This document shows positions 1 through 8,305 of a stretch of DNA of 48,809 bases, one piece after another. The notes beneath the pieces were generated by a model. The model was not told the DNA's origin and made no database searches. It worked only from the letters and a program-made list of their open reading frames with translations. Numbering within the stretch: the stretch's first letter is position 1; every line of letters begins with the position of its first letter. Source of the stretch: a virus (lineage: Duplodnaviria > Caudoviricetes); IMG/VR virus record IMGVR_UViG_3300033512_000145, positions 1 to 48,809 of that record; one strand, given 5' to 3'. Made by a program: the position numbers and the translations under genes.

Positions 1-243
1 GCTGAGCTTGCTGAACTGTATCCGGTGGCTGAGCTTGCTGACCTGTATCCGGTGGCTGAGCTTGCTGAACTGTCTCCGGTGGCTGAGCTTGCTGACCTGT
101 CTCCGGTGGCTGAGCTTGCTGACCTGTATCCGGTGGCTGAGCTTGCTGAACTGTATCCGGTGGCTGAGCTTGCTGAACTGTCTCCGGTGGCTGAGCTTGC
201 TGACCTGTCTCCGGTGGCTGAGCTTGCTGAACTGTCTCCGGTG
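1..243. repeat. 27-bp tandem repeat, 9 units (gctgagcttgctga[a/c]ctgt[a/c]tccggtg), encoding ATG(D/Y)(S/R)SASS on the minus strand
   Basis: Units read directly; only two positions vary between units. Confidence 0.97.
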
Positions 244-626
244 GAATTTTTTGATTTAGACTTTTTACATTTTGATAAAACAAAACTAAATGATATTTCC
301 GTTATGCTTTTTATGGAAACAGAAGCACCTATTTTTATTTCAGAGCATGCTATTTTTGAATCTTCTTCGTGTTTATCTATTTGCCCTGAACCTGTAACGG
401 CATGGAACACACTATCGGCAGGGGAATAATAAGAGAATACGTCGATGGGATTTTCGCAAAAATGGAAACCAGAAGAACATGCTTTAACATCTCCTTCATG
501 TTTATAAGTTTCGCCTTCTTTAAATTGGAAATCACGGCATGTCAGGTCTTTGTTAAAAGCCTTTATGCCTTTGATGGTAGAAACCGGAGCGGATTTGTCC
601 GGCTTCTGTTGGTGGGTGCTTTTCAT
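1..626 (-). CDS. DUF7666-like protein with Ser/Ala/Thr/Gly repeats, 5' part (continues across the circular junction into 48201-48809)
   Basis: Not in ORF track. ATG at 626 overlaps the upstream stop (TAATG). Translates MKSTHQ...KGIKAFNKDLTCRDFQFKEGETY...VKACSSGFHFCENPIDVFSYY...DSKIACSEIKIGA then the 9-aa repeats, open to the window edge. Confidence 0.85.
   Translation of the reverse strand, partial: MKSTHQQKPDKSAPVSTIKGIKAFNKDLTCRDFQFKEGETYKHEGDVKACSSGFHFCENPIDVFSYYSPADSVFHAVTGSGQIDKHEEDSKIACSEIKIGASVSIKSITEISFSFVLSKCKKSKSKNSTGDSSASSATGDRSASSATGDSSASSATGYSSASSATGYRSASSATGDRSASSATGDSSASSATGYRSASSATGYSSASS
178..284. repeat. Terminal overlap: exact match to 48703-48809 (circularity signature)
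   Basis: Includes 41 bp of unique, non-tandem sequence (gaattttttgatttagac...taaaacaaa) present at both ends. Confidence 0.92.
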
Positions 627-1366
627 TATTCCCTCCCATTCGCAGCGCATATGGCTTGCAGCATAGGTTTATTGGCTTCCCAGAAAACATGAGCGTCGAT
701 ATTCATTTGAGATATTCTGTCATCGTCGAAAGCCCACCAGTCAGAAATAGAATGATATTCACAACCTATTTTCATGTCTTTATCAAAAATAATGACAGGC
801 CATCTCAGGCCTAAGATTTGTAATGGGATATGTTTAATTTTGGTTTTTTCGCCATCGGCGCCGTCCAGGTTTGCGCCGTACAGGTTTGCGTGGATCAGGT
901 TTGCGCCGGACAGGTTTGCGTGGGTCAGGTATGCGCCGTCCAGGCAGGCTTCGTACAGGTAGGCTCCGGACAGGTTTGCGTGGGTCAGGTTTGCGCCGGA
1001 CAGGTCGGCGCCGTACAGGTTTGCGTGGGTCAGGTATGCGCCGTCCAGGTTTGCGTGGGTCAGGTATGCGCCGTCCAGGTTTGCGTGGGTCAGGTATGCG
1101 CCGTACAGGTTTGCGCCGGACAGGTTTGCGTGGGCCAGGTATGCGCCGTCCAGGTTTGCGTGGGTCAGGTATGCGCCGTCCAGGTTTGCGTGGGTCAGGT
1201 ATGCGCCGGACAGGTCGGCTTTGGACTTTACAGCCGCTTCAATACAAATTTTTAAACTCTTGCATTGAAGTTCAAAAAGTATTTTTCCGAAAAATCTTGA
1301 CTTGATAGAAAAGACCGGGTCATCATTGGTTGATTTCTGCTCTTTGTGGTGGGTCTGGGTTTTCAT
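626..1366 (-). CDS. Pentapeptide-repeat protein with DUF5758-like C-terminus
   Basis: Run of A(N/Y/D)L(xx) pentapeptides encoded by 15/30-bp DNA repeats; C-terminal MKIGCEYHSISDWW. Confidence 0.9.
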   Translation of the reverse strand: MKTQTHHKEQKSTNDDPVFSIKSRFFGKILFELQCKSLKICIEAAVKSKADLSGAYLTHANLDGAYLTHANLDGAYLAHANLSGANLYGAYLTHANLDGAYLTHANLDGAYLTHANLYGADLSGANLTHANLSGAYLYEACLDGAYLTHANLSGANLIHANLYGANLDGADGEKTKIKHIPLQILGLRWPVIIFDKDMKIGCEYHSISDWWAFDDDRISQMNIDAHVFWEANKPMLQAICAANGRE

Positions 1367-1506
1367 GCTTTTACCTCCTCCATGGTCTCATTTGTTTTTC
1401 CTTTTTTATTTTTATCCCAGTGATACGATTTACAAGCCGGGCAAGCCTTGGGTTTTTTCTTGCTTCTTGGTAGCCATTGATGGCCGCATCTTTTACATTT
1501 AAACAT
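1363..1506 (-). CDS. Small Zn-ribbon protein, possible regulator
   Basis: CKRCGHQW...CPACKSYHWDK; start reassigned to ATG 1506 with aagga RBS; first gene after the leftward promoter. Confidence 0.7.
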   Translation of the reverse strand: MFKCKRCGHQWLPRSKKKPKACPACKSYHWDKNKKGKTNETMEEVKA

Positions 1507-1539
1507 TCTTATCCTTTCTTTAATGTTGACGATAGGCCA

Positions 1540-1568
1540 AGCATAAAGATTTTTTTTATAAAAATCAA
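1540..1568 (-). promoter_or_regulatory. Leftward sigma70-type promoter
   Basis: TTGATT-17 nt-TATGCT on the minus strand. Confidence 0.6.
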
Positions 1569-1604
1569 GGATTATTTTACTATGATAATAATTAAAAATA
1601 ATTG

Positions 1605-1633
1605 TTGACAAAGGAAACCCATAAATATATGAT
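1605..1633 (+). promoter_or_regulatory. Rightward sigma70-type promoter for the recombination/replication operon
   Basis: TTGACA-17 nt-TATGAT with AT-rich upstream element. Confidence 0.8.
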
Positions 1634-1751
1634 ACGTCTTAAAGCTGAACCTCTCGACCACAGCCTGAACAGGTCTGAACCCGGTGGCCCGGCTGGGAAA
1701 CAATAGCAAGAAAGCAGTCAAACATTAATCAACTTCAAAGAAGAATTAATC

Positions 1752-2045
1752 ATGGACATTTCGAGATTAAACAAGGCAGACGTGTTGGCAGCTCTTTATA
1801 ACTCAGCGAAACTTCAAGGATTAGGTTTTTTGCATTATGATTCAATTCCGATGTCGTCAGAGAATGCACAAGACATCCTTGATTCCGGGTGTACCTATTT
1901 TGACTATTTAAAGGGCAGGGTCATGAAGGTTGATCTATCAAAGGATGAAGTTAGAACTCATTTATATAACAGAGATAATGGTGATATGGCTGCCGAAAAC
2001 GCTTTACAGCCTTTGTTTGATGCAATCACGGTATCCGCCGAATAG
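1752..2045 (+). CDS. Conserved hypothetical protein
   Basis: VLAALYN...GLGFLH...YFDYLKGRVMKVDL...LYNRDNG pattern recalled from phage/viral hypotheticals. Confidence 0.7.
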   Translation: MDISRLNKADVLAALYNSAKLQGLGFLHYDSIPMSSENAQDILDSGCTYFDYLKGRVMKVDLSKDEVRTHLYNRDNGDMAAENALQPLFDAITVSAE

Positions 2046-2185
2046 ACTGCTACTATGTGTTTCCGTAATTGCGAAAACGAAAATTATTGGGGAGATTGCA
2101 CGGCAAAGCGGAATGAGGGCTTTGTCTGCCCTCATGATCGGGAAGAGGAAATGGAAGAACAATATTATGAAGAAATGGAGGAATC

Positions 2186-2389
2186 ATGAACACATGGCCA
2201 GGAGGACAAAGAAGGGCAATGTATCAATCCGAGCATGAAAACTGGAACGCTTATAATTTCCCAGGCACTCGTCAGTTGTGTGAATTTTGCGGAGAGCCAA
2301 CGGGAAGATGTGAAGATGACTCTCTTTATGTGAATGATGATGGGCCTCTTTGCGTTTCATGCTGGGAAGAAGAACAGGAGGAAGAATAA
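2186..2389 (+). CDS. Small Cys-motif hypothetical protein
   Basis: ggagg RBS; CxxC...CxxC. Confidence 0.6.
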   Translation: MNTWPGGQRRAMYQSEHENWNAYNFPGTRQLCEFCGEPTGRCEDDSLYVNDDGPLCVSCWEEEQEEE

Positions 2390-2584
2390 AATGAAAGGCG
2401 GCACTTGCAAAACCTGTGCAAGGTTTAAAGGTAACGGCAAATCATGCACAAAAAGCGGAGGGATGCCAAATTATGAAGGCGATTCTTGCGGCGCATATAA
2501 ATTTAAAAAAGCAGACTACATCAGTGACCGTTATTTTCAGGAACAGCGGATAGCACGGGCCAATAATATGTTTAGGAGGATGGC

Positions 2585-3328
2585 ATGAATACAGCAGAAA
2601 AATTACCAGAAGTTATATCAGAAAAAAGCATGGTCATGGGTCAATCACCTATGGCGGCGTTTGAAATGGCGTTATCCCACAACGTGGATATTGATAAGCT
2701 TGAAAAAATGCTTGAGCTTCAGGCCAGATGGGAACAGATGGAGGCTAAAAAGGCTTACACTCTTGCCATGGCTGCGTTTAAAGCCAACCCGCCGAAGATC
2801 AACAAAGATAGGCACGTTAAATTTGCGACTCAAAAGGGGACCACTGAATATTATCATGCGTCCCTTGCCAATGTTACTGAAAAGATTAACTCTTCCCTTG
2901 CTGCCCATGGTTTATCGGCTGCATGGAAAACAGAACAAGACCCCACAAGAGGGATCGTTGTCACATGCACTATAACCCATAAACAGGGGTATTCAGAAAG
3001 CACCTGCCTTGCAGCAGGGAAAGAGCAATCCGGCACGAAAAACGATATCCAGGCCATAGGATCAACAATCACTTATCTTCAAAGGTACACATTGTTGTCA
3101 CTTACCGGGCTTGCAACCCATGACCAGGATGACGACGGCAAAAGAACAGATCCGCCTGCCATGATAAACGAAAAACAAATATCCACTCTTTACGATATGA
3201 TCAATGCCACCGATACCGATGAAGTTAAATTCCTGGCCTATGTAGGGGCAGAATCTCTTGAATCAATTCCGGTTACTCTTTTCGGTAAGGCCATGGCCGC
3301 ACTCAAGGCAAAGGAACAAAAAAAATGA
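2585..3328 (+). CDS. erf: Erf-family ssDNA annealing recombinase
   Basis: QAIGSTITYLQRYTL...DQDDDG Erf signature. Confidence 0.9.
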   Translation: MNTAEKLPEVISEKSMVMGQSPMAAFEMALSHNVDIDKLEKMLELQARWEQMEAKKAYTLAMAAFKANPPKINKDRHVKFATQKGTTEYYHASLANVTEKINSSLAAHGLSAAWKTEQDPTRGIVVTCTITHKQGYSESTCLAAGKEQSGTKNDIQAIGSTITYLQRYTLLSLTGLATHDQDDDGKRTDPPAMINEKQISTLYDMINATDTDEVKFLAYVGAESLESIPVTLFGKAMAALKAKEQKK

Positions 3329-3939
3329 TTATCGAAAAGTCATTTGAGCAGGGGAGTGAAGATTGGCTTGCCGCAAGGTTAAAGTCTATAGGTGGTACTG
3401 GGATACAAAGCATTATCACATCAACTGGGATACCTTCAAAAAGCCGGGCAGGATATCTTTATGAAAAAGCGTCTGAAATAATTTCAGGGAAAGCTAAACC
3501 TTTCTATCCAACATGGGAAATGAGGTGGGGAAAGGACCACGAACCGGAGGCAAGAGATTTGTTTTCGTTTTTGATGGGTGTAGAGGTTGAACAATGCGCC
3601 ATGATTTGGGCAGACGGAAAAAAACAATCTCATATTTCCCCGGATGGTAGGGTTATAATTGGAAAGCCCAACGGACTTGAAATAAAATGCTATCAGTTAA
3701 AACATTTCGACGCTGTTAAGGAGTCAAAAAAAGTACCGACAGAACATATTTTGCAGATACAAAAAGGGCTTGCTATTACAGAATGGGAATTATGGTGGTT
3801 TATGGCTTATTTCCCAAACCTTGAACCCGTAATAATCCCGGTAGAGCGTGACGAAAATTTAATCAGGATCATAAAAATTGAAGAGGCATTGTTTATTGAA
3901 GACTTGGACAAATTAATCAAAAAACTAAAAGGGGAATGA
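3325..3939 (+). CDS. YqaJ / lambda-type exonuclease
   Basis: QGSEDWLAAR, MRWGKDHEPEAR, SPDG, GLEIKC, ILQIQ motifs; adjacent to Erf. Confidence 0.9.
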   Translation: MIIEKSFEQGSEDWLAARLKSIGGTGIQSIITSTGIPSKSRAGYLYEKASEIISGKAKPFYPTWEMRWGKDHEPEARDLFSFLMGVEVEQCAMIWADGKKQSHISPDGRVIIGKPNGLEIKCYQLKHFDAVKESKKVPTEHILQIQKGLAITEWELWWFMAYFPNLEPVIIPVERDENLIRIIKIEEALFIEDLDKLIKKLKGE

Positions 3940-3940
3940 A

Positions 3941-4933
3941 ATGGACCTGATACCGAAACAGATCAACCCTGTAAAACTTTTCTCAGAAAATGGCCTTGAG
4001 CCGGTCCTGAATGAAATCAAAAGCAAGGCTGATGAGTTCTTAAAAACCGCCTCTCTTGAAACTGCTTCCAGCCGAAAAGAAATAGCTTCATTTGCACGTA
4101 CTATTGCGAGTTCTAAAGTTTTTCTTGACGATATGGGTAAGAAACTTGTTGAAGATCGGAAGGCAGAAATAAAGCTTGTTGACAATGAAAGAAAACGGAT
4201 GAGGGATGCACTGGACGCTGAAAGAGACCGGGTTAGAAAGCCGTTGTCAGACTGGGAAGCAGAAGAAGAAAAAAAACAGGAAGCCCGGCGTATTGAAGCG
4301 GCCTTTTTGATGGATTGGGATGAAGCCCTACACATGGATGACCTGTTTACCCGTGAACGTGAGATCAAGCGCAAAGAGGCAGAATTTGCCAGAATTGAGG
4401 CAGAAGCAAAAGCCAAAGCCGAAGCCGAACGCCTTGAAAAAGAAAGGATCGAGCGGGAAGAACGTATCAGAAAAGAGGCAGCCGAGAAAGCAGAACGAGA
4501 AGCACAGGAAAAGATTGAAGCCGAAAGGCAGAAAGCGGTAAGAGCAGAGGAAGACGCAAGGGCGGCAGCCGAAAGGGCTAACCACGACAGAATTGCGGCA
4601 GAAGAACGGGCCAAACTGGAAGCGGAGCGGGCAGAGAAGGCCAAAATTGAAGCCGCAAGACAAGCCGAGATTGACAAGCAGGTTGCCATCAAAAAAGCAA
4701 CCGAAGAAGCTGAACGGAAAGCCGCTGAAAAGAAAGCCGCCGAAGAACTTGAAGCCAGAAGGATGAAAGAAGCTGCGGAAAAACAGGCTGCTAATAAAAA
4801 ACATCAGGCCAAGATCAACAATGAAATTCTGAATGATCTGGTAACGGTTTGCGGTCTTCCTGAAATTGGAGCTAAGGCCGTTATCGAAGCCATCGCAAAA
4901 GGCAAGATCAGAAACGTAAGGATTCAGTATTAA
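3941..4933 (+). CDS. Long coiled-coil (TolA-like annotation) recombination-region protein
   Basis: E/A/K/R-rich helix; C-terminal IAKGKIRNVRIQY typical of this phage family. Confidence 0.75.
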   Translation: MDLIPKQINPVKLFSENGLEPVLNEIKSKADEFLKTASLETASSRKEIASFARTIASSKVFLDDMGKKLVEDRKAEIKLVDNERKRMRDALDAERDRVRKPLSDWEAEEEKKQEARRIEAAFLMDWDEALHMDDLFTREREIKRKEAEFARIEAEAKAKAEAERLEKERIEREERIRKEAAEKAEREAQEKIEAERQKAVRAEEDARAAAERANHDRIAAEERAKLEAERAEKAKIEAARQAEIDKQVAIKKATEEAERKAAEKKAAEELEARRMKEAAEKQAANKKHQAKINNEILNDLVTVCGLPEIGAKAVIEAIAKGKIRNVRIQY

Positions 4934-5433
4934 TGAAAACCGTAGTTATAAAATCAGAAAAATCGGTCACATACTGCCGGTCACTCCTGGAAGAATTGCC
5001 GCTTGACGGGACTAAAGAGGTTATTTTCAAAAGTGTTGATATCTCTTCAACAGCAAAACAACAGGGGCTGCAATGGTTATGGAATGGAGAGGTTGCAGCC
5101 TCCGGAGTTGGCAGAGATGATACAAAACAGGGTGTCCACATAACAGCTAAATGGATGTTCGCAAAACCAATACTTTTAAGAGATGATCTTGTATTCGGAG
5201 CGGTCTATGCAGGCTTTTCGCAAATGGTTGAACAGGTAGACGATAAATCGAGGAAAGAAATGTGGCGGGAATTTACCGAATACCATATCAGCACTCAAAA
5301 GATGACCACAAAGCAACGTGCTGAATATTTAAGAGATTTTGAACGGTATTGGATCGGGAAGGGGGTTGATCTTACTGACCCCAAAATGCGTGGGGTTGAC
5401 TTGGATAGATACACAAAGGGTTTACAAGAATGA
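4933..5433 (+). CDS. ninB: NinB-like recombination protein
   Basis: STAKQQGLQWLW and STQKMTTKQRAEYL...GVDL. Confidence 0.7.
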   Translation: MKTVVIKSEKSVTYCRSLLEELPLDGTKEVIFKSVDISSTAKQQGLQWLWNGEVAASGVGRDDTKQGVHITAKWMFAKPILLRDDLVFGAVYAGFSQMVEQVDDKSRKEMWREFTEYHISTQKMTTKQRAEYLRDFERYWIGKGVDLTDPKMRGVDLDRYTKGLQE

Positions 5434-5624
5434 TCTGCCCCCAATGCAAGACGGACCTGTTTTGTCCCTGCAAGACTTGCCAAGCCAGAAATCCAGGCGG
5501 TACGGTGTGGATATGGGTCACAAACAACGGTCCATTTAAATGCCCGGCTTGCGGAAGGATAATCGGTTTGAATGAGGCGTCAGATATAGAATGGGAAGAA
5601 TTTCAGAAGGTAAAAATACCTTGA
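5430..5624 (+). CDS. Small Zn-finger protein
   Basis: CPQC, CPCKTC, CPACG; start/stop overlaps with neighbours. Confidence 0.6.
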   Translation: MICPQCKTDLFCPCKTCQARNPGGTVWIWVTNNGPFKCPACGRIIGLNEASDIEWEEFQKVKIP

Positions 5625-6004
5625 AAAGCAACGGCCTTGATTTCCCGGATAATTTTTTTGAAATCTTCGGATTTTACAGATGCCCCAAAATAAAGGCTGC
5701 CAGGGATGCAAAATACCGGGCATGGATCAGGACACAGCCTTGTGCCGTATGCGGCAGACCTGCCCCGTCTGTTGTCATGCACCAAAGAATATTACAGGGT
5801 GGCGGGACCGGAATGAAACCCTCGGATTATGAGACTTTGCCGGGATGTCCTGATTGTCATTATCTCGAAGGGCAAAAAGGGTTTTTAAGCCTGTGGAATG
5901 AGAAAAGCTCCCTCAAGTTTAAAGATAAAGAAGAACTCAGATGTTTTATAGAAACTGAGTGTAGGAACCTGTTTGAAACGTATAATATACCGAGGGCTTT
6001 TTAA
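5591..6004 (+). CDS. DUF968-like HNH-fold nuclease
   Basis: YRAWIRTQPCAVCG...H...GGTGMKPSD...LPGCPDCH; true start possibly TTG 5621. Confidence 0.75.
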   Translation: MGRISEGKNTLKSNGLDFPDNFFEIFGFYRCPKIKAARDAKYRAWIRTQPCAVCGRPAPSVVMHQRILQGGGTGMKPSDYETLPGCPDCHYLEGQKGFLSLWNEKSSLKFKDKEELRCFIETECRNLFETYNIPRAF

Positions 6005-6118
6005 GGCGTAATTATAAAGTTTTGTAGTATACCAAAAAAAGCTAAAAAGCGTTAAAACATGGCAAGAATGCGTTGCAAATGGCAAGTATTTGAAATATAC
6101 AGAACAAGGAGAACCAAA

Positions 6119-6277
6119 ATGACTGAGCAAGAATTGAAAGACATGAAACTGCATGACTGCAAACAAGCCTTGACAAATTATTACAGGGATGGTATGTTTA
6201 ATTATAGAGAACTGAACCCCTCTAAGGCTAAAAAGGATTTTCTTTGCAAACACTCAATAGACAATTTAGAAGCATAG
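6119..6277 (+). CDS. Small hypothetical protein (MTEQELKDMKLH...)
   Basis: aaggag RBS before ATG 6119; N-terminus shared with 46035-46214. Confidence 0.55.
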   Translation: MTEQELKDMKLHDCKQALTNYYRDGMFNYRELNPSKAKKDFLCKHSIDNLEA

Positions 6278-6362
6278 GTGAGTCGGTTTTACGCTTATTC
6301 TCAATGAGCTATCCTTCCGGGTTCAGCTTGCCTATGCTTCTAAGCTGTTTAAGGAGCATTGC

Positions 6363-6905
6363 ATGAAAAATAAATTAACGCAGGAGCGTTTGAAGGAACT
6401 GTTGAACTATGATCCTGAGACTGGTATTTTCACTCGAAAAATAGGGCGCGGCGGCTTTAAAATTGGGAGCATTGCCGGGACCCCCCAAAATAACGGATAT
6501 ATTCAAATATGTATTGATTATAAGATATTCTTAGCAAGCCGCCTGGCTTTTCTTTGGGTGGAAGGTTATTTCCCCGAAAATGAGACAGAGCATTGCGATC
6601 GGGATCGCGCAAACAACTGCTGGTCGAATCTTAGAGAGGCTTCTCGGAGCTGCAATCTGAGAAATCGTGGTGTATTTCGTAACAACACATCGGGCATAAC
6701 AGGAGTATCTTGGTACAAACCATCATCAAAATGGCAGTCGCACATACAAGTTAATGGGGAAAATATTCATTTGGGGCTGTTCAAAACACTTTTTGATGCT
6801 GTCCAAGCCCGTTGGGACGCTGAGGTGAAGCACAATTTCCCGAATTGCAACACAACGTCGTCAGCTTATCAATATATCATCCAAAAGGACAAAGGAGTAA
6901 GATAG
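6363..6905 (+). CDS. Free-standing HNH homing endonuclease with AP2-like domain
   Basis: LTQERLKELLNYDPETG; EHCDRDRANNCWSNL; NNTSGITGVSW...IHLGLF. Confidence 0.9.
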   Translation: MKNKLTQERLKELLNYDPETGIFTRKIGRGGFKIGSIAGTPQNNGYIQICIDYKIFLASRLAFLWVEGYFPENETEHCDRDRANNCWSNLREASRSCNLRNRGVFRNNTSGITGVSWYKPSSKWQSHIQVNGENIHLGLFKTLFDAVQARWDAEVKHNFPNCNTTSSAYQYIIQKDKGVR

Positions 6906-6907
6906 CA

Positions 6908-7348
6908 ATGCCGTATAGAAAGTTTGATACTGGAACTTGGCAAGACCCCTGGTTTGAAAATTTATCAGCAGAATGTAAATTAGCATTTATTTATTTTTGG
7001 ACAAATGAAATATGTAATCCCGCTGGAATTTATGAAATATCCGAAAAGAGAATATTGTTTGAACTTGGATACCATATCGATACCATATCAGACAGCTTGA
7101 TTGAAAAAATAGTTTGGTATCCTGAATATAAAACGATATGGGTTAAGAATTTTTTTAAAAGGCAATGTCAAAACGGTAAATTTGCGGTAGCTGCTTTAAA
7201 CAGCCTTAGAAACGATTTGTTTAAAATACAGGTATTTATAAATTATAATCACGATTTATTGGTTAAGCACAATATTGACTTATCCGGCTTTAAAAAAGAT
7301 ACCATATCTATACCATATCTTATAGAACAGAACAGAGCAGTACAGTAA
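6908..7348 (+). CDS. Replication initiator-like protein, N-terminal domain only
   Basis: TWQDPWFENLSAECKLAFIYFWTN...GIYEIS...ELG resembles phage replisome-organiser N-termini; contains iteron-like repeats. Confidence 0.65.
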   Translation: MPYRKFDTGTWQDPWFENLSAECKLAFIYFWTNEICNPAGIYEISEKRILFELGYHIDTISDSLIEKIVWYPEYKTIWVKNFFKRQCQNGKFAVAALNSLRNDLFKIQVFINYNHDLLVKHNIDLSGFKKDTISIPYLIEQNRAVQ

Positions 7349-7417
7349 CAGAACAGTTTTTCATCATGTTAGAGTATTAGCATTATGTATAGATATAACT
7401 AAATAGCAGATACCATG
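7068..7417. repeat. Iteron-like repeats, candidate replication origin
   Basis: (g/t)ataccatatc at 7068, 7079, 7298, 7309; partial at 7409; 5-nt aacag-like tandem at ~7324-7356; AT-rich gap follows. Confidence 0.6.
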
Positions 7418-8305
7418 TTTCACGAAAATTGTTTCACGGAGGAAAGATTGAATAACAAGTTTGAGTCAGGCCGGAAGGTTTTTCTTGAATCGTTTCCGGG
7501 TTGGAAGACGTTTCAAACATTTCCAGAGCATGAAGGATTACCAGGAAAATTAATTAGGCAAGTATCGGTTAATCAGGATCAATATCCTTTTGATGTAAAT
7601 CCCACGATTGAATCAATCCCGGTTAATATAATCCAGGGGCTTGAAAAACTTAACAGCATGAAAGCCTGTATCTCGCTGACAATCAATGAAACTGACGGAA
7701 AGGGCAGAAAGAAAGAGAATATTAAAAGAGTTAGGGCTTGTTGGGCAGATATGGATGGGGTACCGTTACCAAAAACATGGGAAGAAGAACCGTCAATTAT
7801 TGTTGAAACTTCACCTGGAAGGTATCATGTTTATTATTTGACGGATGACGTTCCTTTAGAATCTTTTACGATACTTCAAGAAGGCATCGCCCAATATTTC
7901 GGAAGCGATCCGCAAAACAAAGACTTGCCAAAGTGTTTAAGAATACCTGGTTTTTATCACCAAAAGAAAGAACCATTTTTAGTCAGAATAGTTCAATATT
8001 CAGGGCTTAAGTTTTCGTTTGGTCTTTTATGTGAGCTTTTCCCACCTGTGCAAAGAAAGCAATGGAGTTCATCTAAATATCAGACTCCTGTTAAGTTTGA
8101 TGTAAATCAGGAATTTAAAGGAAGTTATGGCACAACAGAAGGAGGGAGGAACGCCCACCTTTGCAAACGAATTGGCGGCATGAAAAAAAGAGGGTTATCA
8201 TGGGATCAAATAGAGGTTGAGGCGTTTAGGGAAGGGATGGCCTGTAATCCTCCAATGTCAGAATGGGAAATAAGAAATACGTTAAAGAGCTTAAGCAGGT
8301 ATTAA
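7415..8305 (+). CDS. RepB-type (AEP-related) DNA primase with PriCT-like C-terminus
   Basis: ACWADMDG, IVETSPGRYHVYY, LRIPGFYH, EGGRN...CNPPM. Confidence 0.85.
   Translation: MFHENCFTEERLNNKFESGRKVFLESFPGWKTFQTFPEHEGLPGKLIRQVSVNQDQYPFDVNPTIESIPVNIIQGLEKLNSMKACISLTINETDGKGRKKENIKRVRACWADMDGVPLPKTWEEEPSIIVETSPGRYHVYYLTDDVPLESFTILQEGIAQYFGSDPQNKDLPKCLRIPGFYHQKKEPFLVRIVQYSGLKFSFGLLCELFPPVQRKQWSSSKYQTPVKFDVNQEFKGSYGTTEGGRNAHLCKRIGGMKKRGLSWDQIEVEAFREGMACNPPMSEWEIRNTLKSLSRY

Noticed and set aside
1-243. CRISPR array in the 27-bp repeats (also 48400-48768)
   Set aside because: Units are contiguous with no spacers, length is a multiple of 3, and they encode a protein repeat; no cas genes.
8-429. Plus-strand repeat ORFs (LNCIRWLSL, PVAELAEL) and the minus-strand QQAQPP ORF at 48380-48808
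   Set aside because: Shadow frames of the tandem repeat; only the ATGDSSASS frame joins recognisable N- and C-terminal domains.
774-1305. Plus-strand VCAVQ and GLRR repeat ORFs
   Set aside because: Antisense shadows of the pentapeptide gene.
626-1366. Diversity-generating retroelement TR/VR pair
   Set aside because: No reverse transcriptase in the genome, and repeat variation is not an adenine-specific TR/VR pattern.
3925-4804. Long minus-strand ORFs (255 and 158 aa)
   Set aside because: Antisense to the low-complexity coiled-coil gene.
6059-6095. Sigma54 promoter in tggcaagaatgcgttgca
   Set aside because: GG-to-GC spacing is wrong by 2 nt.
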